A stretch of 64,000 nucleotides of DNA from Vulcanimicrobiota bacterium (GTDB lineage Bacteria > Vulcanimicrobiota > Vulcanimicrobiia > Vulcanimicrobiales > Vulcanimicrobiaceae), in assembly GCA_963714015.1 (NCBI GenBank), contig OY970223.1:19094-83093 (forward strand). Direction: 5' to 3'. A program made the translations under genes and the position numbers. This document shows positions 19,469 to 29,669 of this stretch, one piece after another. A model generated the notes under the pieces. That model was not told where the DNA came from and made no database searches. It was given only the letters and a program-made list of their open reading frames with translations. How positions within the stretch are numbered: the stretch's first letter is position 1; each line of letters begins with the position of its first letter.

Positions 19469-20899
19469 CTAAAACAGGTTCCAAAGATACTGGTTGTAGA
19501 CCTCATGGTGATACTGCACTTCCGGCGGCTTCACGAACGTACCGAGGAGCCGCGGGCACCGGTCGGCGCTTGCCTTTTTGAGATCGGCATAACGCGCCTT
19601 CACATCCGAAGCGAGAAGCTCGGTGGTCCATGCCGACTCACGAAAGCTTGCGAGCGCGTCGTAAATATTGTCGGGCAGGTAGCGCTCGGCTTGACGCAGA
19701 TTCTGCTCGCCGCTGATGCTGCCTTGGAGCCCCGTCTTGAAGACTGCCAGCATCACCATGTACGGGTTGGCATCCGGCGCGACCGATCGCACTTCGACGC
19801 GAGAACTGCGTTCGTTGCCGATCGGAATGCGGACCATAGATCCGCGATCCACTGCAGAGGCCTTGATTTGGTTCGGTGCCTCGAAGTGCGGATCCAAGCG
19901 GCGGTACGCATTGACGCTGGAGTTGAGCATCAAGCACAGCTCGTTGCCGTGGGTAAGAATGCGATCCACGAACTGCCAAGCGAACGCGCTCAAACTTTCG
20001 TCGCCGGACGGATCCCAAAACAGGTTCTTGTCGTTCTTGCTGACAGAAACGTTCGTGTGCATACCGCTGCCGTTGACGCCCACGACGGGTTTAGGCAAGA
20101 ACGAAGCCGTGAGTCCCATCCTCGTCGCAACTTGCCTGCAGATGAGCTTGTAGAGCTGAATCTGATCGGCAGCCGCGACCGCGTCCCCGTAACTGTAGTT
20201 GATTTCGAATTGCGAAGGGGCCACTTCCGGATGATCTTTCTCGTTCTGAAAACCCATCGCTCGCTGCACTTCGGCCACCGTATCGATGAACGTGCGCAGC
20301 GGATCGCCCGGAAGCGAATGATAATAACCGCCGGTGTTGACGTACTCGAAACGCTCGGTTTCGTGGAACCGCTGCTCGGCATCCAGGCCCTGAAAGAGAA
20401 AGCCCTCGATCTCGTTTGCAGCATTGAGCGTATAGCCGTCGCTCTTGAAGTACTGTTCGCAGAGCTTCTTCAGCAGCCCGCGCACATCCGCAGAAAACGG
20501 CGCGCCTTGACGATCCAGCACGTCGGCGAAGACGAGCACTTTACCGGGGCCGAAAATATCGGCGGGCGCCCAGTAAAAAGATGCCCAATCCAATGCTAAA
20601 CGCAGGTCGCTCTCGCGCTGCGCGGTGAACCCGCGAATCGAGGAGCCATCGAAGGTGAGATTATCGTAGGACTTGAGCAAGAACTTCTTGTCGTAGTCCA
20701 GCATGTGCAGCCGGCCTTCCAGGTCGCTGAACAGCACCGTCACGGCCTTGATCCGGCGTTCGTCGGTCAGATACTTGAGGCGCTCTTCCTCAACCTTGCC
20801 GGCGGCCGTACGTTGGCCGCGATGTTGTTTGGCCTTCAGGTTCAAATCCTCGAGCTCGGAATACGGCAGCATCAGAAAATCACGCATCTCGATCGCCAT
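19469..20899 (-). CDS. glnA: glutamine synthetase family protein
   Basis: 476 aa with NGSGMHTNVS and DLEGRLHMLD type motifs. The subtype is not resolved. Confidence 0.75.
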   Translation of the reverse strand: MAIEMRDFLMLPYSELEDLNLKAKQHRGQRTAAGKVEEERLKYLTDERRIKAVTVLFSDLEGRLHMLDYDKKFLLKSYDNLTFDGSSIRGFTAQRESDLRLALDWASFYWAPADIFGPGKVLVFADVLDRQGAPFSADVRGLLKKLCEQYFKSDGYTLNAANEIEGFLFQGLDAEQRFHETERFEYVNTGGYYHSLPGDPLRTFIDTVAEVQRAMGFQNEKDHPEVAPSQFEINYSYGDAVAAADQIQLYKLICRQVATRMGLTASFLPKPVVGVNGSGMHTNVSVSKNDKNLFWDPSGDESLSAFAWQFVDRILTHGNELCLMLNSSVNAYRRLDPHFEAPNQIKASAVDRGSMVRIPIGNERSSRVEVRSVAPDANPYMVMLAVFKTGLQGSISGEQNLRQAERYLPDNIYDALASFRESAWTTELLASDVKARYADLKKASADRCPRLLGTFVKPPEVQYHHEVYNQYLWNLF

Positions 20900-21006
20900 C
20901 GTCGTCTCGCCTCCATAGTTGGCCGGAAGTTGCTTGAGCGGTTACACAACGCGCCCGAGGGGCCTTTGTGCATTTGGCTAAGATGAATGGCACGCAAGGA
21001 TAGCCA

Positions 21007-23184
21007 ATGCAGCGGCGTCCGCAGACAGGAGGCACGTTCACGTTGCTCGGGTTGATCTTTGCCTTGACGCTCGGCGCACCGGTGGCCGTTCACGTCGACG
21101 CGACGCATCGCATCCAAACGTTCCGTCCGATCCGGACCTTCGGCACGGCCGTCGACTCCGACCCCAAGGACAAAGTCTCGCTGCTCTATTCGCCGTCACG
21201 CACAAGGTTGATGCTGAGCACCGGCTTGGGTATGCTCACGTACCGGCTGTACACGGAACTTTCGATACAAGACTGGCATTGGAATCCGGCGGGCGCGTAC
21301 TCCGACGCCCGGCATAAGCAGGGTTACTGGACGAGCAGCGCAATGCCCGCAGCGGCGCAAATCGGCGATTCATTCGGCTACCGGCTGCCGCACCGCGGGG
21401 ACTCGCGCGATCAGGGTGACGATGACGGCTACTCGCGTATCGACGACGGCGATCCGTCGACATATTGGAAGAGTAACCCTTACCTGACCCATGTCTTTAC
21501 CGGAGAGCCGGACTCGGCCAATCCGCAATGGGCGGTCGTGCAGTTTCTTAGGCCACAGCCGATCGACGCAATCAGAATCGCATGGGCAAATCCGTTCGCG
21601 ACTCGGTATGCGGTGCAATACTGGGCGGGTAACGGAGACGCGATCGTCCAGCAGGACGCCGGCGTGTGGCGAACTTTTGCAAACGGCAACGTTAGCGCGG
21701 GGAAAGGCAACCGCGCGCTGCTCCGGCTTTCCGGCGCGCCGGTTTCGACCACCGCCGTTCGAGTGCTCATGAGTGCTTCATCCGGTACATGCGATACGCA
21801 CGGAAACAGCGACGTTCGCAACTGCGCCGGCTACGCAATTCAGGACATCGGCGCCGGTACGATCGACGGTTCGGGAAAGTTTCACGACCTGGTCGTTCGA
21901 AAGAAGAACGGATCGTGTCACGGCGCGCTGTTCTGCACGTTCGATCCGAAGCGCCAGACGCTCATGTGGACTTCTTCGGACGATCCCTGGCACAGCGCAG
22001 CGGATGAGGTAACGGGCGATCAAGATCAAACCGGTCTCGACCGCATTGCGCGAAGCCCCATTACGCGCGGCCTTCCCGCTATCTATCCCGTTCCGGTTTT
22101 CTACAGCACTCCGCAAAACGCCGCGAACGAAGTGCGGTACTTGGAGAAACGCGGCTACCCGATCTCGTATATCGAGATGGGCGAAGAAGTCGACGGGCAG
22201 TACGCGCTTCCCGAAGATTACGCCGCACTCTACGTGCAGTTCGCGCGAGCGATTCACGCGGTCGATCCTCGAGTTAAACTGGGAGGCCCAATCTTCGAAG
22301 GCGTAAGCAAGGACGTTCCGGCTTGGCGCAATGCCGCGGGTGACGGTTCCTGGCTGCACCGTTTTTTAGTTTATTTACGGCGGCGAGGCCGGCTGGGCGA
22401 TCTTTCGTTCATGTCGTGGGAGCACTACCCGTACCACAACTGCGATGCCGGCGCAAAGCGTCAAGCCGATCTGCTGGACGAACCGTCATTCGTGCGCCGC
22501 ATGGTCGATCAGTGGCACGCGGACGGACTGCCGAAAAATCTCCCGCTGCTCGAAACCGAGAACAATTTCTCTCCCGACGGCACCAGCGCCCCGCAGCACG
22601 TCTATGGAGCGCTTTGGACCGGCGACTTTATGGGCGCTTCGCTTGCCTCGGGCATCTCGTACATGACGTACTACCAAGCCGAGCCTGAGCCGGTTGGGCG
22701 TAACGATCGCTGTAAGACTTGGGGCGCCTATAATCCTTACATCGTCGATCGGGATTTCAACGTGCGTGCAAAAGGGGCCGCCTATTACGCGCTGCAGCTG
22801 ATCGCGCAGCAATGGGTGCTGCCGGGAGATCGCGAGCACGGCGTGTACCCCGTAACGTCGAGTTTGGGAAATCACGATGCGGTCGTCACGGCGTACGCCG
22901 TTCGGCGTCCCGACGGTAAGTGGTCCCTCATGCTCGTGAACAAAGACACACTGGCGCATCCGGTTACGATCGACTTTGCGGAAAGAGGCGGCACCGGTCG
23001 CTTCACCGGCAGCGTGCGCACGATAACGTTCGGCAGTGCCCGGTACCGGTGGAGCGGTAACGGCCCGGGCGATCGTCCCAATCCCGACAAAGGCCTGGCG
23101 TTCGGCAGCGCGCCCGGCGGAAAGACGGCCTACGTCGTTCCTGCGCGTTCCCTGATGGTTATTCGTGGCGCAACCGCACGCTGA
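21007..23184 (+). CDS. secreted discoidin (F5/8 type C) domain protein with a glycoside-hydrolase-like TIM-barrel region
   Basis: Signal-like N-terminus. DDGDPSTYWKSNPYL...WAVVQFLRPQPIDAIRIAWANPFATRYAVQYW matches a discoidin domain. YLEKRGYPISYIEMGEEVDGQY matches a GH-like core. Confidence 0.6.
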   Translation: MQRRPQTGGTFTLLGLIFALTLGAPVAVHVDATHRIQTFRPIRTFGTAVDSDPKDKVSLLYSPSRTRLMLSTGLGMLTYRLYTELSIQDWHWNPAGAYSDARHKQGYWTSSAMPAAAQIGDSFGYRLPHRGDSRDQGDDDGYSRIDDGDPSTYWKSNPYLTHVFTGEPDSANPQWAVVQFLRPQPIDAIRIAWANPFATRYAVQYWAGNGDAIVQQDAGVWRTFANGNVSAGKGNRALLRLSGAPVSTTAVRVLMSASSGTCDTHGNSDVRNCAGYAIQDIGAGTIDGSGKFHDLVVRKKNGSCHGALFCTFDPKRQTLMWTSSDDPWHSAADEVTGDQDQTGLDRIARSPITRGLPAIYPVPVFYSTPQNAANEVRYLEKRGYPISYIEMGEEVDGQYALPEDYAALYVQFARAIHAVDPRVKLGGPIFEGVSKDVPAWRNAAGDGSWLHRFLVYLRRRGRLGDLSFMSWEHYPYHNCDAGAKRQADLLDEPSFVRRMVDQWHADGLPKNLPLLETENNFSPDGTSAPQHVYGALWTGDFMGASLASGISYMTYYQAEPEPVGRNDRCKTWGAYNPYIVDRDFNVRAKGAAYYALQLIAQQWVLPGDREHGVYPVTSSLGNHDAVVTAYAVRRPDGKWSLMLVNKDTLAHPVTIDFAERGGTGRFTGSVRTITFGSARYRWSGNGPGDRPNPDKGLAFGSAPGGKTAYVVPARSLMVIRGATAR

Positions 23185-23274
23185 GCGATGCGTCGCTGGA
23201 CGCCGCTTGTCGATCTGCGGCCCCCTCGTTCGACGTGCAGGTAGAACCCTTGCCGACTGAAATGAGGAAGTGCG

Positions 23275-23638
23275 ATGCGATTTATGGTGCTGGTAAAAGC
23301 GAACGAGCAATCCGAGGCCGGAGTGCTGCCCACGCGCGAGCAGACTGGCGGAAATGGGCAGCTTTAATGAAGAGATGATCAAGGCGGGCGTCATGCTGGC
23401 CGGAGATGGACTTCATCCGTCCTCCAAGGGCGCGCGGATCGCGTGGTCCGGCGGAAAGCGCACGGTGGTCGACGGACCGTTCGCTGAAACGAAGGAGCTT
23501 GTCGCCGGCTACTGGATCATTCAAGTAAAATCCAAAGAAGAAGCGGTTGAATGGATCTCGCGCGCGCCGTTCGAGCATGCTCAGGTGGAGATCCGCCGGA
23601 TCTTCGAGGCCGAAGATTTCGGCGACCTTTTAGCGTAA
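23275..23638 (+). CDS. YciI/DGPF-family protein, split by a 1-nt insertion (a23344)
   Basis: GAGGAAG RBS, ATG at 23275, MRFMVLVKANEQSEAGVLPTREQ then a frame change to LAEMGSFNEEMIKAGVMLAGDGL... (ORF 23354..23638). Confidence 0.8.
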
Positions 23639-23643
23639 CGCGC

Positions 23644-24921
23644 ATGACCGGGTCGGAAACACACCGCGCGATCGACGCCGTCTGGCGCATCGAATCCGCA
23701 AAAGTGATCGCCGCGCTCACGCGAATCGTGCGCGACGTCGGCCTGGCTGAGGACCTCGCGCAAGAGGCGCTGGTCGCGGCACTCGAACGCTGGCCGCGCT
23801 CCGGCGTTCCCGACAACCCCGGCGCTTGGCTTACTGCAGTGGCCAAACTGCGCGCGGTCGACGCGTTCCGGCGCGCCAAGCGGCAAAGCGAGAAGCATCA
23901 GGCGATAGCGCAAAATCTTCAAGCGCTGCAAGCTCTGGAAGAACCCGACTTTGCCGCGGCGCTTGATGAAGACGTGGGCGACGATCTGCTCAGGTTGATG
24001 TTCATCGCGTGCCATCCCGTGCTCGCGGCCGATGCGCGCGTTGCGTTGACGCTTCGGCTGCTGGGCGGCCTTACCACCGAAGAGATCGCCCGGGCGTTTC
24101 TGACGTCGGTGCCCACCGTGGCGCAGCGCATCGTGCGCGCAAAACGCACGCTTTCCGAAGCGCGCGTACCGTTCGAAGTGCCTGCGGGTCCCGATCGCGC
24201 AGCGCGGCTCAGTTCGGTTCTGGAAGTCCTTTATCTGATTTTCAACGAGGGATACTCCGCAACGGCCGGTCAGGATTGGATGCGGCCCGCCCTTTGCGAA
24301 GACGCACTCCGTTTGGGACGCGTCTTAGCGCAGTTGATGCCGCGCGAACCCGAGGTTCACGGCCTCGTCGCGCTGATGGAAATTCAAGCGTCGCGATCGC
24401 GCGCGCGCGTCGATGCCGGCGGAGCACCCGTCCTGCTCTTCGATCAGGACCGCACGCGCTGGGATCGGATCCTGATCAAACGCGGACTGGACGCGCTCGA
24501 CCGTGCGGCCGCATTCGGCAGAGCGCTCGGTCCATACGCTTTGCAAGCCTCCATCGCGGCCTGTCACGCGCGCGCGAGAACCGCGGAGGAAACCGATTGG
24601 CACCGCATCGTCGCGTTGTACGACGCGCTCGCACAATTGACGCCTTCGCCGATTGTCGACCTGAACCGCGCGGTTGCCGTTTCAATGGCTTTCGGTCCGG
24701 CAGCCGCATTGGAGATCGTCGAGTCGCTCGCTTCCGAACGCGCCCTGCGGACCTATCATTTGCTGCCCAGCGTCCGCGGCGATCTGCTGCGGCAACTGAG
24801 CCGTTTTGAAGAAGCTCGCGCGGAATTCGAGCGGGCCGCAGAGTTGACGCAGAATGCGCGCGAACGGGCGTTGCTCCTGCGCAGAGCCGAAGACAGCGCT
24901 CGACTGGGGAGGCAAACATGA
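23644..24921 (+). CDS. ECF sigma factor with a long C-terminal TPR-like extension (ECF42-type)
   Basis: Start [44 protein letters not shown]. Sigma regions 2 and 4 plus about 200 aa of extension. The DGPF/YciI neighbour matches the described ECF42 context. Confidence 0.8.
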   Translation: MTGSETHRAIDAVWRIESAKVIAALTRIVRDVGLAEDLAQEALVAALERWPRSGVPDNPGAWLTAVAKLRAVDAFRRAKRQSEKHQAIAQNLQALQALEEPDFAAALDEDVGDDLLRLMFIACHPVLAADARVALTLRLLGGLTTEEIARAFLTSVPTVAQRIVRAKRTLSEARVPFEVPAGPDRAARLSSVLEVLYLIFNEGYSATAGQDWMRPALCEDALRLGRVLAQLMPREPEVHGLVALMEIQASRSRARVDAGGAPVLLFDQDRTRWDRILIKRGLDALDRAAAFGRALGPYALQASIAACHARARTAEETDWHRIVALYDALAQLTPSPIVDLNRAVAVSMAFGPAAALEIVESLASERALRTYHLLPSVRGDLLRQLSRFEEARAEFERAAELTQNARERALLLRRAEDSARLGRQT

Positions 24922-26033
24922 GTGAGATACGCGTTCTGGCCGGCACGCGCAAAGGCGCGTTCATCTTGACTTCCGACGGAAAACGCCGCGACTGGAAGGT
25001 CGACGGGCCGCATTTCGGCGGTTGGGAAATTTACCACGTTGCGGGTTCGCCGGTGAATCCCGACCGGATCTATGCTTCCCAAACCAGCTCGTGGTTCGGC
25101 CAGGTCATGCAGCGATCGGATGACGGCGGCAAGACCTGGCAAGCCGTCGGAAATGACTTTTCGTACGAAGGGACCCCCGGAACGCATCAATGGTACGACG
25201 GGACTCCGCATCCGTGGGAATTTGCGCGCGTATGGCATCTCGAACCGTCGCTGACGGATCCCGACACGGTCTATGCCGGCGTCGAAGACGCGGCCCTTTT
25301 CAAATCGATCGACGGCGGCCAGACATGGAATGAGCTTTCGGGATTGCGCGGCCACGATTCGGGGCCGTCGTGGCAGCCGGGTGCCGGCGGCATGTGCCTG
25401 CATACGATCGTGCTCGATCCTAGCAATCCGCAGCGCTTGTACGCCGCAATCTCGGCGGCCGGCGCTTTCCGCAGCGACGACGGCGGCGCGGCGTGGAAAC
25501 CGATCAATCGCGGACTTCGCTCTGCGCAAATTCCCGACGAGGATGCGGAAGTCGGCCACTGCGTTCATCGCATCGCCATGCATCCGCAGCGTCCGGGCGT
25601 GCTTTTCATGCAGAAGCACTGGGACGTGATGCGAAGCGACGATGCCGGAGAAAACTGGCGCGAGGTGAGCGGAAATCTTCCGTCCGACTTCGGCTTTCCC
25701 ATCGCGATGCATGCGCACGAGCCGGAAACGATCTACGTCGTGCCGATCGAGAGCGACAGCCGCCATTTCCCGCCCGAGGGAAAGTTGCGCGTCTACCGCA
25801 GCCGCACGGGCGGCGAGGAGTGGGAACCGCTCACGAAAGGTTTGCCGCAACGGGACTGCTACGTCAACGTGCTGCGCGATGCAATGGCCGTCGATTCGTT
25901 GGACTCATGCGGCATTTATTTCGGTACGACGGGCGGACAAGTGTACGTGTCCGCCGATGCGGGCGAAACCTGGAACGCGATCGTGCGCGATTTGCCGGCG
26001 GTACTCTCAGTCGAAGTGCAGACGCTGCATTGA
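24918..26033 (+). CDS. BNR/sialidase-like beta-propeller repeat protein
   Basis: ATGA overlap with the sigma gene. Repeated S-x-D-x-G-x-T-W type motifs ([49 protein letters not shown]). Confidence 0.75.
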   Translation: MSEIRVLAGTRKGAFILTSDGKRRDWKVDGPHFGGWEIYHVAGSPVNPDRIYASQTSSWFGQVMQRSDDGGKTWQAVGNDFSYEGTPGTHQWYDGTPHPWEFARVWHLEPSLTDPDTVYAGVEDAALFKSIDGGQTWNELSGLRGHDSGPSWQPGAGGMCLHTIVLDPSNPQRLYAAISAAGAFRSDDGGAAWKPINRGLRSAQIPDEDAEVGHCVHRIAMHPQRPGVLFMQKHWDVMRSDDAGENWREVSGNLPSDFGFPIAMHAHEPETIYVVPIESDSRHFPPEGKLRVYRSRTGGEEWEPLTKGLPQRDCYVNVLRDAMAVDSLDSCGIYFGTTGGQVYVSADAGETWNAIVRDLPAVLSVEVQTLH

Positions 26034-26326
26034 TTCGCGTCGTACTGCCTGCCCATCTTCGCGTCCTTGCGCGCGTCGGCGGCGAGATAACGGTAGAAGT
26101 TTATGGAGCAGTCACGCAGCGCTCCGTACTCGACGCAGTGGAAGCGCGTTATCCGGTCTTGTGCGGGACGATTCGCGATCGCGCTACTCAAAAGCGCCGG
26201 CCGTACGTACGTTTCTTTGCGTGCGAACGCGACCTTTCGCACGAGGTGCCCGACGCGCCGCTGCCGGACGCCGTCGCCGGCGGAACGGAACCGCTGCTGA
26301 TCGTCGGCGCTATGGCCGGCGGTTAG
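26030..26326 (+). CDS. MoaD/ThiS-like ubiquitin-fold protein ending in Gly-Gly
   Basis: TTG at 26030 overlaps the upstream stop. About 98 aa, [24 protein letters not shown]...[10 protein letters not shown]. Confidence 0.6.
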   Translation: MIRVVLPAHLRVLARVGGEITVEVYGAVTQRSVLDAVEARYPVLCGTIRDRATQKRRPYVRFFACERDLSHEVPDAPLPDAVAGGTEPLLIVGAMAGG

Positions 26327-26340
26327 CGCGACGTCAATCG

Positions 26341-27072
26341 CTAAGGCGCTGATTCGGCGGCGGCCGAAACGCCGCCCATTTCCATGAGACGCTCGCGATG
26401 GATCCATCGGATTCGCCCGCGCTCGCGCTTCACCGCGCCCTTTTCTTCGAAGACCGCCACTGCGCGCCCGACGACCTCCTTAACCGTGCCGGCCGCCGCG
26501 CCGATCTGGCTCTGAGTCATCAGCGGCAGCGGATCGAGCGCCGGCGAGAGACCGGGACCCGCCGCGAATTCCAGAAGGTACCGCGCAATGCGCTGTTGCG
26601 CCGTCAAATTCATCTCGGCGAGCAGCGAAGTGGTGCGGCGGACACGCCGGGCCAGCGTCACGGCGAACGCTAGAGCCAGCGTTCCGTGCTGCTTGCAAAG
26701 ATCGACGACTGCGGAACGGTCGACGAGGGCGTAGACGGCCTTTTGGGAGACGACTACGGTTCGGGCCATCTCGGGTGCGCCGTCGAACATGGAGGAAACG
26801 CCGAAGAAATGCCCCGGGTGAGCGTGGTCGTAGAGCCGCTCCTTGTCTTCTTCACCCGGAACCAGCATCGCGATGCTGCCCTCCACCAGAAAGCCCAAGT
26901 GTTCCCACCGCTCCCCGGCGGCGTAGATCGTCGTGCCTTTGCGGGCTTCCGCGACCGAGGCGAGTTCGGCCAGCTGCTGTAGAACCCGAGCCGGAACCTC
27001 GCCGAAGGCGTTGTTGTCGGCGAGGCTCTTTATTATGAAGTAGCGGGCGGCGTCCGCAGTTTCTTTTCCCAC
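26341..27072 (-). CDS. Crp/Fnr family transcriptional regulator
   Basis: cNMP-binding-like N-terminal domain plus a C-terminal HTH (MTQSQIGAAAGTVKEVVGRAVAVFEEKGAV). Confidence 0.8.
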   Translation of the reverse strand: MGKETADAARYFIIKSLADNNAFGEVPARVLQQLAELASVAEARKGTTIYAAGERWEHLGFLVEGSIAMLVPGEEDKERLYDHAHPGHFFGVSSMFDGAPEMARTVVVSQKAVYALVDRSAVVDLCKQHGTLALAFAVTLARRVRRTTSLLAEMNLTAQQRIARYLLEFAAGPGLSPALDPLPLMTQSQIGAAAGTVKEVVGRAVAVFEEKGAVKRERGRIRWIHRERLMEMGGVSAAAESAP

Positions 27073-27246
27073 GCGCGCCGCTTCGCTCCGTGCCGTGCCG
27101 AGTCAGACTCCTCCCTCTAATGCGAGGGCAATTCCGGTACCAAGTCGGCATAGTAATAAAGCCTCACTAAAAAACCCGCCAAATGTCACTCAGAGCAACG
27201 TAGCGTCCCCATGTAAAGTGAACTCAGTCGCTCTTTTTCGTAGGGG

Positions 27247-28047
27247 ATGGCATTAAAAATGACGACGTTCGTCGAGTTAGTATTGGCGGGGCTGGTAATA
27301 GGGACATTCACGGGCCTTTCCGGCGTAGGAGGCGGCTCGATCATGACGCCGGTGTTGATGCTGCTCCTCGGAGTGAATCCCTTGGTCGCCGTGGGGACCG
27401 ACCTATTGTATAGCGTGCCGACAAAAATCTTGGGAGCCGTGGTCCACGCCAAGCAGCGGACTATGGACTGGAGCGCCGCCCGCGGGCTCCTTCTGGGCGG
27501 CATTCCCGGCGTGATTGCCGGCCTCATCGCCCTCTATGCGCTGCGGCACAGCGTCGACGCGCAGCTATTGAACGCCATCGTCAAACGCGCCGTCGGCATC
27601 GCGCTCATCGTCTCCGCGATCGCACTCGTTTACGGCGCGATCATGTATCGAAAGGCCGACACGCCGGCCGAAGGAGATTCGAGCGATCTAATCCGCCGTC
27701 GCACCCCGGCGCTGGCCGCCTCCGGCGCACTGGTCGGGTTCTTCGTCGCGTTGACTTCGATTGGTTCGGGAGCGATCACGATGCCGCTGCTTCTCCTCAT
27801 CGTTCCTTTAATAGGGTTGCGCCGGCTCGTCGGAACCGATATCGCTTTTGCGGCATTCCTGATTCCGGTAGCGGCATTCGGCCATATTACGCTCGGCGAC
27901 GTCAATTACCGCGTAGCACTCTCGCTGCTGATCGGCTCGCTTCCCGGCGTGTTCATCGGGAGCCGCCTATGCAGAAATCTTTCGGAGATTTGGCTTCGTC
28001 CGGCCGTTGCCATGGTCTTAGTTATCGCCGGATCGAGGTTAATCTAG
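27247..28047 (+). CDS. TauE/SafE family sulfite-exporter-like membrane protein
   Basis: LVIGTFTGLSGVGGGSIMTPVLMLLLG, duplicated four-TM halves. Confidence 0.8.
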   Translation: MALKMTTFVELVLAGLVIGTFTGLSGVGGGSIMTPVLMLLLGVNPLVAVGTDLLYSVPTKILGAVVHAKQRTMDWSAARGLLLGGIPGVIAGLIALYALRHSVDAQLLNAIVKRAVGIALIVSAIALVYGAIMYRKADTPAEGDSSDLIRRRTPALAASGALVGFFVALTSIGSGAITMPLLLLIVPLIGLRRLVGTDIAFAAFLIPVAAFGHITLGDVNYRVALSLLIGSLPGVFIGSRLCRNLSEIWLRPAVAMVLVIAGSRLI

Positions 28048-28048
28048 C

Positions 28049-29669
28049 GTGAATCGGTCAGCGGCGCTCGCCGCCTTTCTCGTCATTCTCTTCACTGGTA
28101 CTGCGCTCGCTGAATCGTCCAAAAATCCACAAATCGTAGCCCAAGCAAATCCTACGCCGGCACCGACCGCTCATCCGCTGACATTGGGCGGATACTTCCG
28201 CGGATACTATTTCGCGCGTACGAATGCTTCTCCGCAATACGGACTTCCGCAGTCGACCGGCGTGGTCAATCAAGCGACGTTCAACGCTGCGCTGGCGCTG
28301 CACGCCGCGTACAACGTGGACAACTGGACCGTTGCCGGCACCTATCTGTACGCTAATCCGCTCGACAACTGTACGACCGCGGCCGATCAGGTTGAAAGCG
28401 GTGGTCCGTGCAGCGGGAAAACCGCAACGTACAAATCGGGCGGCGTCGAGCTATCCGTACAGTCCGGTGCCTACCAATCCGGACAACACGCTGCCGGGGT
28501 TTCAACTCAGCACTTTGTATGAAGCGTACCTGCAGTACAAGGACGCGACGCTCTACGGAAAGATTGGCGATCAGCTGCTGAACACGCCGTGGGCCAACAG
28601 CTCGGACACGCGCCTAAAGCCGGAAGCGTATCAGGGTGGCGATTTCTCGTACAAAGTCAATCGCGGCTGGACGGTGGAAGCGGCGTATATCGATCGCTTC
28701 GAGAGCCGCGTGGATTCAGCGTTCGTGAATTCGACGCTGCTGACCGCGACCAATCAAGCCGACGCACCCGGCCCCGGCGCAAACTTGCTGATTCCTAAAT
28801 ACTCCGCCGTTACGACGAACGGCTTTGCGTACGGGCGCCTCGGATTTAGTTCGGGACCGTTGGCGGCCAATCTGCACGTCTACGATTTTCTGAACATTGC
28901 CGACGTCGAGTGGCTCGATGCCAAATACTCGCCGGCTGCCGAAACTGCTTACAAACCCTACGTCGCATTTCAAGCCGGCAACGAAGCCAATGCGGGCTCC
29001 GGCGTTCTAGGCAAGATCAACAGTCAAGTCGTGGGCCTTCAGGGCGGCGCGACGGTCGCTCAGAATCTCGACGTGACGCTGGGCTTCGATTTCATCCCGC
29101 AGAAGAGCGATACGCTCGCGCTTCCCGCAGGTATCGCGTGCGCTGCGGTGCCGGCGCAGCCTCCGGTCAAGGCGCCGGCGGGCAATCAGATCGTCGTAAC
29201 GAACCGAACTCCGCTGATGTACTTCCTGCCTACGGGCGGCACCCCGGACTGCATCGACAATGCCAACGGCACGACGACTGTGTATTATGGGGGCTGGGCC
29301 AGTCCGTACACCGATTCGTATACGAGCGATCCGCTGTTCACCACGAGCATGACTGCCGGTATGATCGAGCGGCGCAGTTCCGGCACCTCAGGTAAGATAG
29401 CTGCGACGTGGTGGGGCGACAACAAGCAAATTCGCTTGATCACCAGCTTCGCGCTGTACGCGTACGGCAACAACACGACGGGCGTCGCCCCTTCACACGA
29501 AGTCGATATCGACGGTACGTATTTCTTCAACCGCGTTACGAAGAACGGTCCGTACAAGGGGCTGCTCCTGCGCCACCGGTACGGCGATCGCGACAACACG
29601 TTCGTGCAGTACTACGGCGGCCTTCCGGTCTTCAAGTACAACCGCACGCAGCTGGAGTACGACTTCTAA
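28049..29669 (+). CDS. outer-membrane porin-like beta-barrel, split by a frameshift near 28450
   Basis: ORF 28049..28522 carries the signal peptide MNRSAALAAFLVILFTGTALA. ORF 28224..29669 continues with alternating beta-strand patterns and a C-terminal ...FKYNRTQLEYDF. The junction is near GGVE / YPYSPVPTNPDNTLPGF. Confidence 0.65.

Noticed and set aside
20900-21006. Possible glutamine riboswitch (glnA RNA) upstream of the glutamine synthetase gene.
   Set aside because: I could not recognise the conserved glnA-motif core by eye. A covariance-model scan is needed before any claim.
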